Part shown: positions 51,501 to 64,000 of the stretch, one piece after another
How the letters are laid out: each line of letters begins with the position of its first letter
Numbering within the stretch: position 1 is the first letter of the stretch
NCBI GenBank assembly: GCA_002633005.1
Contig: NMRA01000088.1
Location: 616,186 to 680,185, forward strand
Direction of reading: 5' to 3'
DNA from: Phoronis australis
Taxonomy: Eukaryota; Animalia; Phoronida
DNA: 64,000 bases
Translations under genes and position numbers: made by a program
Notes under the pieces: model-generated
The model's database searches: none
Told to the model about the DNA's origin: nothing
The model's input: only the letters and a program-made list of their open reading frames with translations

Positions 51501-54500
51501 GGTCAGTGCTCAATAGTGTGATATTATTTTGCAACACGTTACAAAAATCGACTCCTAAAATTAGGCAAGTTAGTTACTGTAGTCGGAATTTCCGGAAATC
51601 TATAGGTTTTAGTTCTGGTTTAACAAACTGTTTCATTGTTATTTTATTTTACCTTGGCGTCTGTCATTCTTGACCCACCGAAAAAGCGCTCAATATATCT
51701 TCAAAGTAAATGGTGCTTGAAGAACGTTTATTATAAGAACGTTAATGAAACCAATTACAACAACCAATAATCAAAATAGTAGTAATAATAATAATGATAA
51801 AGGTAACAATGATGACAATGACGACGGCGATGATGATGATGATGAAGCATTATTCAAAATGTTTCTCTGCCTCTGAAAACAGAATTCCACTCGTTCGCCA
51901 GATATTTTTACAGTTTTTCGTAAAAATTTTGAATTTCTGATGATGTCAAAGCATTTTTCTTTTACTTTCAAATTTCAAAGAAAGACGATCTGTCAACTGC
52001 TCGTCACTTCGTTGATTTTTCTCCCACAAGACAAAGCACGTCTCCTTATTTGGTATGGCAAGACATAGACGTAGCACATTTCCCTTATGTGGAAATGTGA
52101 CCTTTGACATTTGATGTAAATAAAATAATGGCGACTTCAAGCAGCAGTCAGATTAAGAGACAATTGATGATGTTTAAAATTATTTACAAAGGTATCGTAA
52201 TATTCAAAAATATATTCTAAAATGCGCTTGGAATTCACTGTGGGAAATCACTTGCTTCACTGGCTTGCCTCATACTGTGCTGTCGACGTCAAATTCGGAC
52301 TGCGATCACACAATCTTCCCTTATACCCTAATCTTGTCAGCCAGTTTTTTGTCAGTGAGAGGAAGATTAGAAACTCTGTGGTGACTACAGAGTTTTTCCT
52401 TCGCGCCTATTTCAAAATTGTGAATTTTGTGATTTTTCGTGGAAATTCCCTCACAGGGGAAAGAGGATAACTCTGTAGTAGACGTTGCGAAATGGTACTT
52501 TAGTCAGAAATTGTTTAAAAGATATTTTGACGAGATTTCGCGTTCCATGCCTCTTTAAAGCTGCTTTGAACCGCCTTCTACCAAAAACTTTTGATTCAAG
52601 CCATATATCGCTGTATAATACAACTGGTCTCCGCTTGTTCCTAAATAAGATTTCTGGGAAGAGAATTGACGCTTCGTTATTGCTTGAGGACACGGTATTG
52701 AGCCTGGTCTCCAGTAACAACTGACTCCTAAGACCGGAAATATGTGTCTAATTAGACATAAATTATATGTGGCTAAATGGTCTAAATCAAAAGTTATTGT
52801 TTTAACATACCAGCTTTGGTATGTAGGAAGTTATTGACAAGTCCGTGTAGTTAGTTAAATGTCTACAAACCTATAGAAAGCAACTCTTTAAAAGTATCTA
52901 TTTTCTGAAAGTAGGTCGCCTGCAGAATTTAATATTTGCCATTAATCGGGTCACGTGACCTTATCTTTTTAGTAAAACTGAGCAAAAAATAAAGATACAT
53001 TCATAGCAAAACAACAATGACCAAATTTCATTTCAAAAATGTCCAAAATGAAGTCATAAAAATGTTGTTACAGTTATCAATTCGTTTTCGTTCCATGAAA
53101 CTTTTGATTTTTTCATAAAAATCGTAAAGAAAATCTGTTTTTGATAGCCGGCACGCAAAATTGTAATATTTTAACATTCCCAACAGCGTTTGGAGAACAG
53201 TGCTATAAGCATACTGTATTATGTGAAACTTCCATTCAAATCTGATAAGTCACTTCATACTGGGTGTAAGCAAGATAAGCATATACATGTGCCTGTGGTT
53301 CTAGATCCTAAATCCTGCGTTTGTACCTACCTGACTGTCTAAACCTATTGTGAGCAACATTCCAAAGAAACACACGGCCCACAGCGGAGAGATTGGTAAC
53401 TTGGTCAGGGCTTCTGGATAGGCAACAAACGCCAATCCGGGACCTTTAACGGATGAGTGTTTACAAGTCATTAAAGATTTAAACACACTTTGTGGAATAA
53501 AACTGTCGACTAGATTAATGGTGGATATCCAGGTTTGTGAATGAAGCTATCCAACGACATATTCCACACAAAACTGTACTTTGTATAATCTACTTGCGGA
53601 GTAGTATCTGAATACTTGCAAATGTGATCATTTTGAACTGAAAAAATTATCTTGAAAAACACACTGTTAGCTACGGAAGAAGTGCGCATGCGCAAATTCA
53701 CTATTCCGTGCAGAATTCTTAATATTAGCCAGATGCGAATCCGCTCAGGAGTACAGCGAAGATAAAACCATACCTTGTGTAATGACGTCCTTGACAGATG
53801 TCTTGCTTTCTTTCGCCATAAAACCAATCACAGAAAAGATGACAAACCCGCCGTAAAAACTAGTCAAGCAGTTAATGACGGGTACCATCATTGCGTCCCT
53901 GAAAAATAATAGAATACTAAACAAAAGCTGAATTGAATTGGTAAAATGCGAATAGTCTTCGAACCACCGTGCATCAACACTCAGGAAAGGAACAATAACA
54001 TAGTAACAATTAACATGTAATAAAAATATGATATGGCATTAGATTCCTTAACTGATTCTGGCTAATTAGGTGAAATGTCTTGAGTTTAGTCTCGGTCGGG
54101 GACTCAAAAACTTAGAGATCTGGATCAGCAATATAAAATTTCGAGCAACAACTCATTCGCCAAAAGCCTCTGTTCACGTTTTCTAACTAAATTAGAAATG
54201 GGAGGAGTTATTGAAACGTCTTCCATTTGTCAATCGACTTGGCCAGGTGTTTTGTGGTCTTTGTCAATTCACAGAGGCAACTCCTCTTGATTCGCAAAAC
54301 GGGCTTGTCTCTTTAAAAGCCACATAATATTTTCAACAGACGCTGAACGCCCGTTCTCGGTAGTTGGTATCAAAGACTTCCAGAATCATTGTAGGCTTAA
54401 GGTTTCTCGGTACCCCTAAGCTAGAAAAGTCGGGGGCACTAGAAATTTGAGCTGTCCCAGTTCGTCAAGATTTGCCTTCCTTCAACCCCCCTCCCCCGAA

Positions 54501-57500
54501 TGTCACGATGCTTCATCAAGCTACCCCCACAATTTCCACTCTTCCTGTTGCCAGTAAATCCAAGCTAGTCCCCCAAGCAAATACGACTTTCGCCCATGTT
54601 GACACGACTTTTGAGGAACCCCGGTTTCCTGCCGGTCCCCTAAGCTGTAATAATGTAGCTTAATCATAACTTGGTACTGCCTATTAAGGAGGGTGTATAC
54701 ACTGAATTTTGGATTTTTGACAGTTTTTGAATTTTTATATCGTCAGAAACTTTGATTATTCATTTACATGTTCAAGACAAAATGAAATTGACTTGAAAAT
54801 TGCATAGTTGTCATTTTAATCACGTTTGTGAAAACTCCTTATCCTATAGGGCTGCTCATCAGGCTTGAATGGTAGCTCACCCTGGGAATCTGGAAGCTTG
54901 CAGTGGCGTATTTAGAGGGGGGCCAAGGGGGTCACGCCCCCCCCCCCCNATACTCTGCCGTGCCCCCCCCCCCCAACTCAAAATCCTGGATCCGCCCCTG
55001 GCTTGGACCACAAATTGGTCACACAAAGCCTCTTTGTCAAAATGCACAATAAACCAGGCGGACATATTGGATTTGGGTCTGAGAAGCACTCATGTTTTAA
55101 GAAAAAAGCTCAAATGTTGCAATACACCAACTGGTTGGTTATTTCGCGATAGAAAGCACCCCCTGATGTCTTTTTACGATGTTCAGTAAAACTGAAGCGT
55201 TATGTGCACAGATTTTCAGTGAAAGTTGACCAAAAGTAGCATATGATAACTGAAAAATTTTAAACACGTTTATCTCAGTTCATTATTTCACAATAGTGGC
55301 AACACCCTTAAGTTTATTTCTTCGCTATCTTTTGATCAATTTTTACGAAATAGACAATTTTAAAGTCTACTACAAATGAACTTTATATCAGTACTAGGGA
55401 TTTTATCTAAATTGATCATAACTTAAGTTATTGGAATGACAGTTAAGAAGCCTCCGTGAACAGTACCCTTGAGGCCAGCAAAGATGTTTACAAGTATAGA
55501 TATACAACCGGAACTTAAGCAATTTATCCCATCTCGTGTTGAGTGAAACATGGTAGTTTTTTACTGTTTGTAAAATAAAGAGTAAGAATCAAATTATCAC
55601 ATTGATGAAGTTCAGCACATAATTATACTGCATTTTGTTACCCTAAAATCAATTTTTGTGATATTGCTTGTTCAAATATTGGTTCTTCTTTTTAACATGC
55701 ATTGAGTCAGACACTTAAATCCGTGATCGACTGCGTCCGACTGTTATCGTCATTAAATTACAAAACGTACGCATGTGTTTGAGTACATGCATTGCATGGT
55801 GGGAATATTAACAGTTAGCCTTAATATTTCAATAAAATACCTGTAGACGTTATTATGGAACTTGTTAAAACTAGCCATTGTGATTAGACCTCCCCAAGCT
55901 GGACCAAGCGAATAGAAGATCTGCAAGGCTGCCACTCCCCAAACCTGAAATGGCAACAAGAGTAGAACAATTCCTGTAATATTCTTCTCGGCAACAGGGA
56001 CGTAAAATTGGTGCCAGCAAGCTACAGACTTGATATAATCGTGTGACACGTCAGTTGACTTGTGAAATCACTTTTTTCACTTGAATTTCACGTAACCTCA
56101 GATGAAAACACCGTAAAAATTGTATCAATATCGATCTTAAAAACAATTTTGTCATTATGACCCTCATGTGCAACAGTAAATTTCGAAACAAAGGAGCTTG
56201 CAAAGACTGTTCAGGTTCTTTTAATCTTGCGTGACTGTGTGATGTTTTTCGGCCGTAAACCGTGTTCTGGTCTCGAAAACAACTTTCTTCTCAGGCATAC
56301 TTACATTTTAAAAACGACATTTTGGCCTTTTAGTCACACGTCAGAGGCGAAAACGGTTGCAGTAATTTGCCTATAGGCAAATCAAACGTATCAGTATCTA
56401 GAACTTTCGGTTTGTGAGTTGAGTCATTCATGTCGTGAGGAAATTATCGAAACTGGTTAGACGCAATAACGAACAGTCAGCTCGTCCCGAGCCCAGCCAT
56501 CGCATCTAAACTGAACTTGGAATAAGATAAGGCCATTTTATAACAATGAGTGGCTTGAATCAAACGTTTTTCGACAGAAAGCACTATTAAAGCAGATGAC
56601 TTACCAACACTATTACGTAACACAAGTTTATGCCAAGCGGCTGGTGTGGTTTTGAAAGTTCTGAATTGAAAAATAATTGTTGAAAGTGCAGTGCACAAAA
56701 CGTCTCACTCACGGAAGGGTCTGCTAACATCTTAAAATCTGGTGTAAGAAAGAACAGTATCCCATCAATAGCGCCATCTAATGTGAGACCACGAACCAGC
56801 AAAATTGTTAGAAAAACATACGGGGCTGTTGCCGTCACATAAACAACCTGAAAAAAGAAATAATTTGTCAATTGTAGAGTTCTATTGCGGTGAAACAAAA
56901 AACAAAACAGTTTCGGTTGTCTTATAAACCACAGATAGGAAAAGCGTCGATGACTCAGAGGAATTGCCTAAATGTGACCAACGCTAAATACTATTTTGAC
57001 TACGGGCACTGCCATAAATGAGAAACGTCGCCCTTACAACAGCTGAACATGAGGCAAAAGAAAACGTAATATTTGTTTCTGGTCTACGCCCTGGTTATTT
57101 GGAAACCTTACCTCACATTTTAAAGGTAAAAATGCCCGCTCGTAAGATCTTTTTCCAAAGTATCTTAGTTTTTTAACTCAATGGCTTGGCAATGTAACAG
57201 TAATGACTTCTTTAAGACCTTAATTGATTACAAACAAGGAGATTGATGCTCTTTTGAGCCGCGGCCAACCACCCTCACCCCTCTCTCCAGCCGCGTTACT
57301 GTACCACTGGAGCTGGAAAAAAATCCCGCACCACTTCAGATCACATCTCATTTTCACTGATCCAGCCGCTAAACTCGGAAAGCAATTACGTCACAATATA
57401 GCACATGGGTTGACAAACAATTTGCCAATGAAATGACAAGCAATTGGACCGTGAACAATTGCTGACTTCCGAAATAGCTGCGCCATCTTGAAATTCACTA

Positions 57501-60483
57501 TCCTTCCAGATGGCGATCACGTCTTTTGCTAAACAGGCGTTCGGCGTCACCTGGAGATCCCACGTAATGCGAACGGGAGGTTTCAACCTTGTGGTATAAA
57601 CAGCGTTTTAACACCTTTCCTGCTGTCGTAATTCCAGCAAACTTCCAATGATGTGCGGTGGGATAAAATGATGTAATGGCTTACGGAAAAAGGCAGACAT
57701 CTTGAAATATCCACGATGAAGGACATCATGTCCCATACATTTCTCAGTGCAAAGAAGAATTTGCGGCTCCATAGTCGGTGGTTGCGACTGACAAATCGGG
57801 AGAATTTCGATCCCAGCCGATGTCAAAAACCTAATATAAATCAATGAACTTACCTTATCAAACAATGCGAAGCGTTTACTTCTCCAGTTTTAATTAATAA
57901 AGGAGTAAATTTCTGTCCATCAAATCTGAGTCGGGATCAAGCGGAAGTCGCTTTCTCGCTCTCGGTGCTTTAGAAACCGCGAATATGAGAAGTCCGCTAT
58001 TTAAAAACATTAATGCAGATTTGCAGAAAAAGCAATTCAGAAAAATTCCGTGCACAGGATCTAATCTTCGAGCTCAGACTCGACTTAGGCTGAGAGTTGA
58101 AATTTAGCCAATCAGGATGTTTCTGATAGATTCAGTCATAGCATCTACATGAATTTTAGCACAGTTACACGGGCTTATGACCGCACAACTTTACTTGAGG
58201 CTCAATTCGAAATCTTAGCAACATCGTGGCGGGCTTCAAGCAAATTTTCACGCGACATCATTGGTCAATTTTGGAGTTAAGTCTCGAGTAAAGCTTGGTG
58301 GTGACGGGCCCAGGGCACTACGGTTTAATCTTTGTACTGGTTCTAGAATTTCAGCATTATTTATTATTTAATCTTAGATTTCACTAGATGGCTTCAGCTA
58401 GGAGAGGAAATCACGAGTTTTTACACCACGAGTTTTATAATTCAGATATAAGAGTCACCGACTGTAACTTTGGAATATAACCTCAATGTATTCGAGCACA
58501 TAAAACACTTATTGCGAGTACAAAGAAAACTGTGTTTGGGGATTACACCACAGGCCCTGGGTCAAGTTCAATACCGCTGGTGCCTAGCAAGAAAACCAAG
58601 ATATCATGAGATTCCTTGAAATATTGCCATGTATTCTCATTGAGAGCACGGTCGTGACTTTGGCACGATTCTTCTCGTCGCATGACAGTTATTGAACTCC
58701 ACCCTAGTGTTTTGTAAGATTTCTGGTTCCGCTGATTTGCTCCCAAGTACACACAATTAACAACATGCATCAATAGGGCCGCCCAGGATTACACAATGAC
58801 ACTAAAACTCGCTGTATTTGCCCGCAATGCCGTAAACATCCGCCAGAAACATTTGCTACAGTTACGTCGTTTTCGTGCCATTTGTTGCTGTTGTCTGATT
58901 TTTTACAAATTTTTCTCGGTTGCATTACTCTATTCGTCCTTCCAATGCCAGCGAAGTTATATTGCTCAGCTGTGAGCTGCAACTCCCACGTTAGAACGTT
59001 TGATATACCGGACAGATAACAGGGAATGGCGTGATGTGAAATTCGTTGCCTTCCCGACATCAATGAGAGGCACGAAAATGTGCCTGATATCCAAAACGAT
59101 GTCATACGCTTTCTTATCTCCGGGTCAAAAGAGAGTTCTACCATCGTGTGATCCAGGACGGCCCTATTGCTTCACATGGCGTGATAACTTTTTTATACCT
59201 TTCCGGAGCTTTCAACACCTTTACAAAGACAAAAGAAGACTATCACCCATGCGGCGAGTAAACACAGCATCAACTCCCAACTGAGATAGCCTACTGTGTC
59301 GATACTGGGACTAAGCTGAAGAACAGTGTACCTGAAACACGATCAAAAGCACTGTGCACGTGACCTAATGTGGAATGGAAAACTGTGGAACGAGACGTCT
59401 CGTGACAGAAGACGTAAGACAGCATTTTGGTCTTACGCTGCAACTTCACAATTACCAAATAATGGTTTAACCACATACATGTAATTATTAGCACATCACT
59501 TGCTGCACAATTTTTTAAGTAACAGTTTTGGGTATCGTATTTTTTAAGTGAGTTTTGATTATTTTTTGAAATAGTTATGTGGAGCGTAAGACCAAATTTC
59601 TGTCTTCAAGTCATAAGTCATTTTCCTAAAACACGACTCAGACCACCTGGAATTCGAAGTTCAATCAGTCAATCTAAATAGTAAGGTAATTGTCACTTCA
59701 CTCCTCTTTGCTTACTATCGAGATTATTTGAGACATTGAATTCTAAGGTCACTCACATGCGAGTTCGCTAAAGAGCTTGTTCCATTTCAGAATAAGATTC
59801 TTAGGGGGTGGCGCGCCTGCCCCGCCTTCATCGGTTCGCGTCAAAAAACACCACCGGTATACCAATTTTAGGGTTTACGAGAACATCCTCGAATCGACAG
59901 TGGGAAAACTTTTTACTTAATAAAAGACTGTGTGTGACTGAAAAAAATTAATGTGTTGGAGTCCATTTTCCTTGAATTTGAGGAAATACAAAGGTTTTTA
60001 TATAAGTACAAGTCGTGGGACTATTGCGGGGAAATTTTCTTCTCAAGCCCTCTCTGAGTTTGTTTGCGGATGTGCTTATTTGCAGAACACTCCGGCATTT
60101 CTATAAAAGTATGTGACGTTGTACAGTCATAATTCTCGACCGTGGTCATTTCTGACAAAACAGCCTCTCTTACGTCCAATATTCTTCCGCTGGTGTCATC
60201 AGTTTTGTTCCATTAGCAATAGAGAAGAGTTCGTCGGTTGAATTTCTCGTCGAGATATTAGCTCCGTTTGCAGCATTGTTACTGACAAACGAATCATAAT
60301 CCAGGAAAGTGGACCGGTTCGTAGCATTACTGCTTGGTTCAATACAAATTGACGTGTTCTGGCATTTCGTCCATGGCAGTTCGCTGGTGAAAGAGTTGAC
60401 TAGGTAGAAGAGTACCCATGACATGATGACGTTGTAGTAGACGCAGCAGATGGCTGACACCATTGTCATGGCGTATCCCAAAC
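46439..60483 (-). CDS. SLC6: SLC6 Na+/Cl- dependent amino-acid transporter, glycine-transporter-like, gene B (TM3 to stop; 5' exons outside window)
   Basis: 11 GT-AG exons in frame with [52 protein letters not shown]-terminal motif and TAA at 46441-46439. Confidence 0.94.
47010..47183 (-). CDS. SLC6: Gene B exon, TM12 ([58 protein letters not shown])
   Basis: 174 bp, aacAG| ... |GTAAC; Y.YP...GW motif. Confidence 0.94.
48031..48131 (-). CDS. SLC6: Gene B exon, IL5-TM11 ([33 protein letters not shown])
   Basis: 101 bp, tttcAG| ... |GTGAGT. Confidence 0.95.
48545..48612. repeat. (GT)n microsatellite
   Basis: Read directly. Confidence 0.97.
49203..49302 (-). CDS. SLC6: Gene B exon, TM10 ([34 protein letters not shown])
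   Basis: 100 bp, ttgcAG| ... |GTGAGT. Confidence 0.95.
51242..51373 (-). CDS. SLC6: Gene B exon, TM8-TM9 ([44 protein letters not shown])
   Basis: 132 bp, tgtAG| ... |GTTAGT. Confidence 0.95.
53331..53443 (-). CDS. SLC6: Gene B exon, EL4-TM8 ([38 protein letters not shown])
   Basis: 113 bp, weak AAG acceptor, |GTAGG donor. Confidence 0.94.
53774..53898 (-). CDS. SLC6: Gene B exon, TM7 ([42 protein letters not shown])
   Basis: 125 bp, ttttcAG| ... |GTATG. Confidence 0.95.
54901..55000. mobile_element. GC-rich MITE with perfect 5-bp TSD (GCTTG)
   Basis: CAGTGGCGTATTTAG ... CTGGATCCGCCCCTG; GCTTG at 54896-54900 and 55001-55005; n at 54949. Confidence 0.82.
55841..55944 (-). CDS. SLC6: Gene B exon, TM6 ([35 protein letters not shown])
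   Basis: 104 bp, tttcAG| ... |GTATT. Confidence 0.95.
56713..56847 (-). CDS. SLC6: Gene B exon, TM5 ([45 protein letters not shown])
   Basis: 135 bp, ttttcAG| ... |GTGAGT. Confidence 0.95.
58771..59169. mobile_element. MITE with 28-bp TIRs, possibly ISL2EU-type (AT TSD)
   Basis: caatagggccgcccaggattacacaatg / catcgtgtgatccaggacggccctattg; ends 30 bp from a gene B splice donor. Confidence 0.7.
59199..59331 (-). CDS. SLC6: Gene B exon, TM4 ([44 protein letters not shown])
   Basis: 133 bp, tttcAG| ... |GTATA; translated manually. Confidence 0.95.
60174..60483 (-). CDS. SLC6: Gene B exon, TM3 and EL2 ([18 protein letters not shown]...PAEEYWT)
   Basis: 310 bp, tgtAG| ... |GTAAG, phase 1-2. Confidence 0.95.
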
Positions 60484-62870
60484 CTACAAGATGGAAATCA
60501 AAGCAGTCTTGGTTTGAATAAAATTGTAAAGGAAGGACCGCCAGAGCATGCTGCAAACAAGAACGTAAAGGAAAACTTATAAGGTAAAAACCATGTTGTC
60601 CACCTTAGAAATGACTCACTAGTTGACCAATCGAGGTCGCTAAAGTCATTTATCTAAAAATTTTTTTAGTTTCGTCCTAATGTATATGAACTTTCAATTA
60701 ATATCAAAGCGAAAATACATTTGCGACTATTCGTGTACTATTTGGCTTCTATGTGAGTTTAAGTGTTTTTCAGCATTTCATTTTGTACTTTATGGTAAGC
60801 AACACAAATGTAGAGATGCTGTACGTCCGAATTTAAATGGCCACAACGGTACATACTTTACTTGTGAAGTATAGAAAAGTAGCTCTTCCGTATTTCGATG
60901 GATTTCACAGTTATTGCACTCCTGAATCGTCACGGTTGCCTAATAAATATCTGGAAATGTCCCAACGATGAATTAAATTCTACATGTATGTGAAATAACG
61001 AATTCATTTGCATCGCGGGGTATCTTGTTGCCATGTGTTTTGGCTTGTTCTAATAGAATGTCGTATATATCATAAGCGGATTTAGCTGCCCCCCCCCCAT
61101 TGGCTGCCGCAAAAAATTTTAACAGCAAGAGCGTAGGGAAATGTTGAGTTTATTAATTAACCCCGGTAATTAAAAGTATACAGTTGAAACAAGATTTAAA
61201 TGTGTGCATTTTTGTTAGGTATTGCATGTTCGTCAAGTGAATGTGGTTTGTTTGTATTTGTGAACTTCTTGAGAATGAAAAAAGACCAATTGCTCGGTTG
61301 TAGCCGCACTCTTCTTCAAGATGGCAACCTTCTGTTGCAATTGTGCATAGCTGGGTAGCGACTGAGAAATCGGCCTCGATTTGCAAAAAGCTAGTTGGTT
61401 GACAGTACTTTTGGAACACATTTGTGGAATCGATAGGAAATTTGCTTTCGGAATCTAATGTTGGCTTTAGTCCTGCATCGGCAGGGAAGTGGTGGTTTTG
61501 GGATGAAAAGTGACGATTTCGCGAGGTTTTTTGCCCCTTCTTTCTTAGTCTAGCTTGGGTTTCATGATCAGTACGAGTGAAAGGGTAAAAAATCCAAGAG
61601 AGAATAAAGTTTCTGTCGTGGCTAATCTGTAAGGCTTGTGATGTGGAATGCCGCACTCAAAACTTGTCGTTCTTTGCATGCAGTTTTTGACATAGTGAAG
61701 AAAGGGTGGTGAGTCCATTGACGTGTGCTCTGATAGGCAAACCCCTGTGGGAACTGTTCTGCGCCCGCATAGCACATTTACATGTATATATATTTCACAG
61801 CTATGTCATCACGTATGTACTGCAGGTGAAATTATAACCCCTATTTATGTGAAGTGGACCAGAAAAAGTGTGACTGCTTTTCAAATTACAATACACAAGA
61901 TAGATTGATGAACCTACTCCATTGACACACATTCGGTGTATGTTGTCACAGATCTTTTCAATGCCGTTATTTGTAGCGTTCGTAAGGTGATGCCAAATAG
62001 TATACCCGACATAAACAGGTGCAACCGAGCGACAAAAACAACTTTTTGTTGTCACTGGAAAGAAACCACAATGAATGAAATATTGTTGGCCGGGCATTGA
62101 GAGCATACCAATGTCGGTACCATCCAAGAAGACATGTTATTCATTACTTTGACTGGAAATGAAAATAAAGGCTGGAAAGACCGATAAAAATGTCATGTAT
62201 GAATTATTTGTCATGTTGTTGGTTAGGCCAAAAAAGCCTGAAATCCGACTTGTTTTGAGACCTGCAGCGCTCACACACTAAACAGCGCCTGTCCGCATCA
62301 ATATCAGCACGGGTCTTGTCTTTATTTTTTTGTTTGAAAAGCTGCAAAAACGCACGTAAGCAAGTCTGGGGTAAGCAAGCTTTGAAACACCATGATTTGC
62401 CAAGCGATGTACATTCACCTGAACATGATGCACTGGGCAGAGCTCGAAAACTCTAAAGACACTCTTAGACACTCAAATGAAGATTACCAACATGGCGGCG
62501 CAACATACCACAACACATGCCGCGATTTTTACACCACTACGTCCACAAACGCGCAGTTTGCTTTTCATTTTATTCTGACAACAGCACAATGTGCTTTCAA
62601 GAACGAAAACAAAGCTAAATTAAAGGCAGTCGTTTTTAGTGTCGTTTCAGGTAAAATTCCTTGGAGTTCTAATTAATTATACATGCGTCACTCTGGAAGT
62701 GAGGTTCGCCGCCCGAATTATTCCCAATCAGCTTTGATTACACGCACTTCGGACTGTGTCTGACATAGGATGCGTCATTGTGTACATGTAGGTCAGCTTG
62801 AAACAAGTTAGCCAGCTACTTGCCTTTCTCGGAGTCTTATTCAGTATGCTTGGAAGCTGCTGCGTATCAG

Positions 62871-63271
62871 GGACCGGTCTCCTATCTTTTTACTCGAAAT
62901 GGAACTCGAAATTAGGTTTGTCATTTTCTACTCTACTTTTGGGCGAACTCAAGATAAGTGTCTATTATTCTATGCTCGAGTACACAATAACTTACGTAGA
63001 TAATTTATTGCCCTTAGTTCACAGTTTGTAAACTAAATATTAAAGCAATAAGTTCGAGTTTGAACTCGAAATTTCGAGTTTTTACTCCAGTTTGTAGCAC
63101 GAAAATAAGGGTCTTCAAGGGCAAACTTGAAATAGAAACTCCTATGCATAAACTATAATGTATTCGAGCACAGTCTGATAACCAATTACCTTAAGTTCGC
63201 ACAAAAGGAGCAGAGAAATTGCCAAAAATAGTTTCGACTTCATTTCGAGTACAAAGATTAGAGACCGGGCC
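62871..63271. mobile_element. Harbinger-group MITE with CAG TSD
   Basis: CAG|ggaccggtctc..tactcgaaatg ... catttcgagtacaaagattagagaccgggcc|CAG. Confidence 0.78.
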
Positions 63272-64000
63272 CAGGATGCAAACATCATAACCACAGAGAC
63301 CGTGAAGATACCTGTTAAACATGTGTTGAAGAGTGATGCCACATCGTCGGCATTTCCCAGACATTGTCTACTACAAACCTATCAATGACTATACTATATC
63401 TGAGTTCTGTTTCAATCTAGGATTGTCAGAGAATACTCTTCGATGGCTACTAATAACAGCAATTTTCGGAAAATGCTATGCAATCAACAGTGATCACAAT
63501 GAATCGCCGCACAAAGAAGCATGGCGCGGAATCGTCCCTTCCACGAACGTCACTCCCGGAATGACGCTTGCATAATTAGGGAAACTTAATATGAAAATTT
63601 GTCTAGGATAACCAGAAAGTCGTAATTAAACCAAAAATGGCACTACTGAAAAGCGGTTGCCTTCCGCTTGAACTCGCGTTCCCCCTTGTGTTCGAACTGG
63701 TGACAGACGCATCTAAAAACGACGCATACCAAGACCTAGTTCAGTCACGGACTTTCAAAACATAGTTATAAAAACCTGTCTTTCGATGGTCGTGGGTGCC
63801 TTTTTCCTCACAGCTAAAGCGTCCAAAGCGTGATTAATCATTTGCCTATTTATCAGACCTGGTAAGGAATTTTCAAACATGCTCTGGACTGTGGAAGGTT
63901 GGTGAAGTTTAGAAATAACTGTGCTGTTCCAATAACTCAGGAGATCTCGTAGTAGATAATCTGTTCAAAGCGGCCCGCTAAAACCAGGGATTAGTGTGCT

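Noticed and set aside
60484-64000. TM1 and TM2 exons of gene B
   Set aside because: No GN.WRFPY or GAFLIPY coding found; presumed to lie beyond the window.

Overview
Eukaryotic, AT-rich, intron- and repeat-rich DNA, most likely from a marine invertebrate; the species cannot be named from sequence alone. Two tandem minus-strand SLC6 (Na+/Cl- neurotransmitter:sodium symporter family, amino-acid/glycine-transporter-like) genes dominate the window. Gene A has 11 confident coding exons at 24829->1796 plus a candidate start exon at 26537-26439; its 3' end lies left of the window. Gene B has 11 exons at 60483->46439 including the stop; its 5' end lies right of the window. All junctions were read manually (GT-AG, phases consistent), and eight of the nine exons present in both genes have identical lengths. 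Between the genes lie a decayed CR1-group LINE, a head-to-tail Crypton-like hairpin element with a tRNA-like internal module, a rearranged copy of it, and a THAP/Kolobok-like remnant. Introns carry many MITEs, including a family with 5-bp target duplications, a foldback element, satellite-bearing Helentron-like elements and microsatellites. I see no clearly new multi-gene system. The best leads are an altered Na1 site in gene A, an atypical EL2 disulfide loop in both paralogs, and the Crypton-like/tRNA chimera. Superfamily labels rest on terminal sequences and TSDs read by eye, not on database searches.
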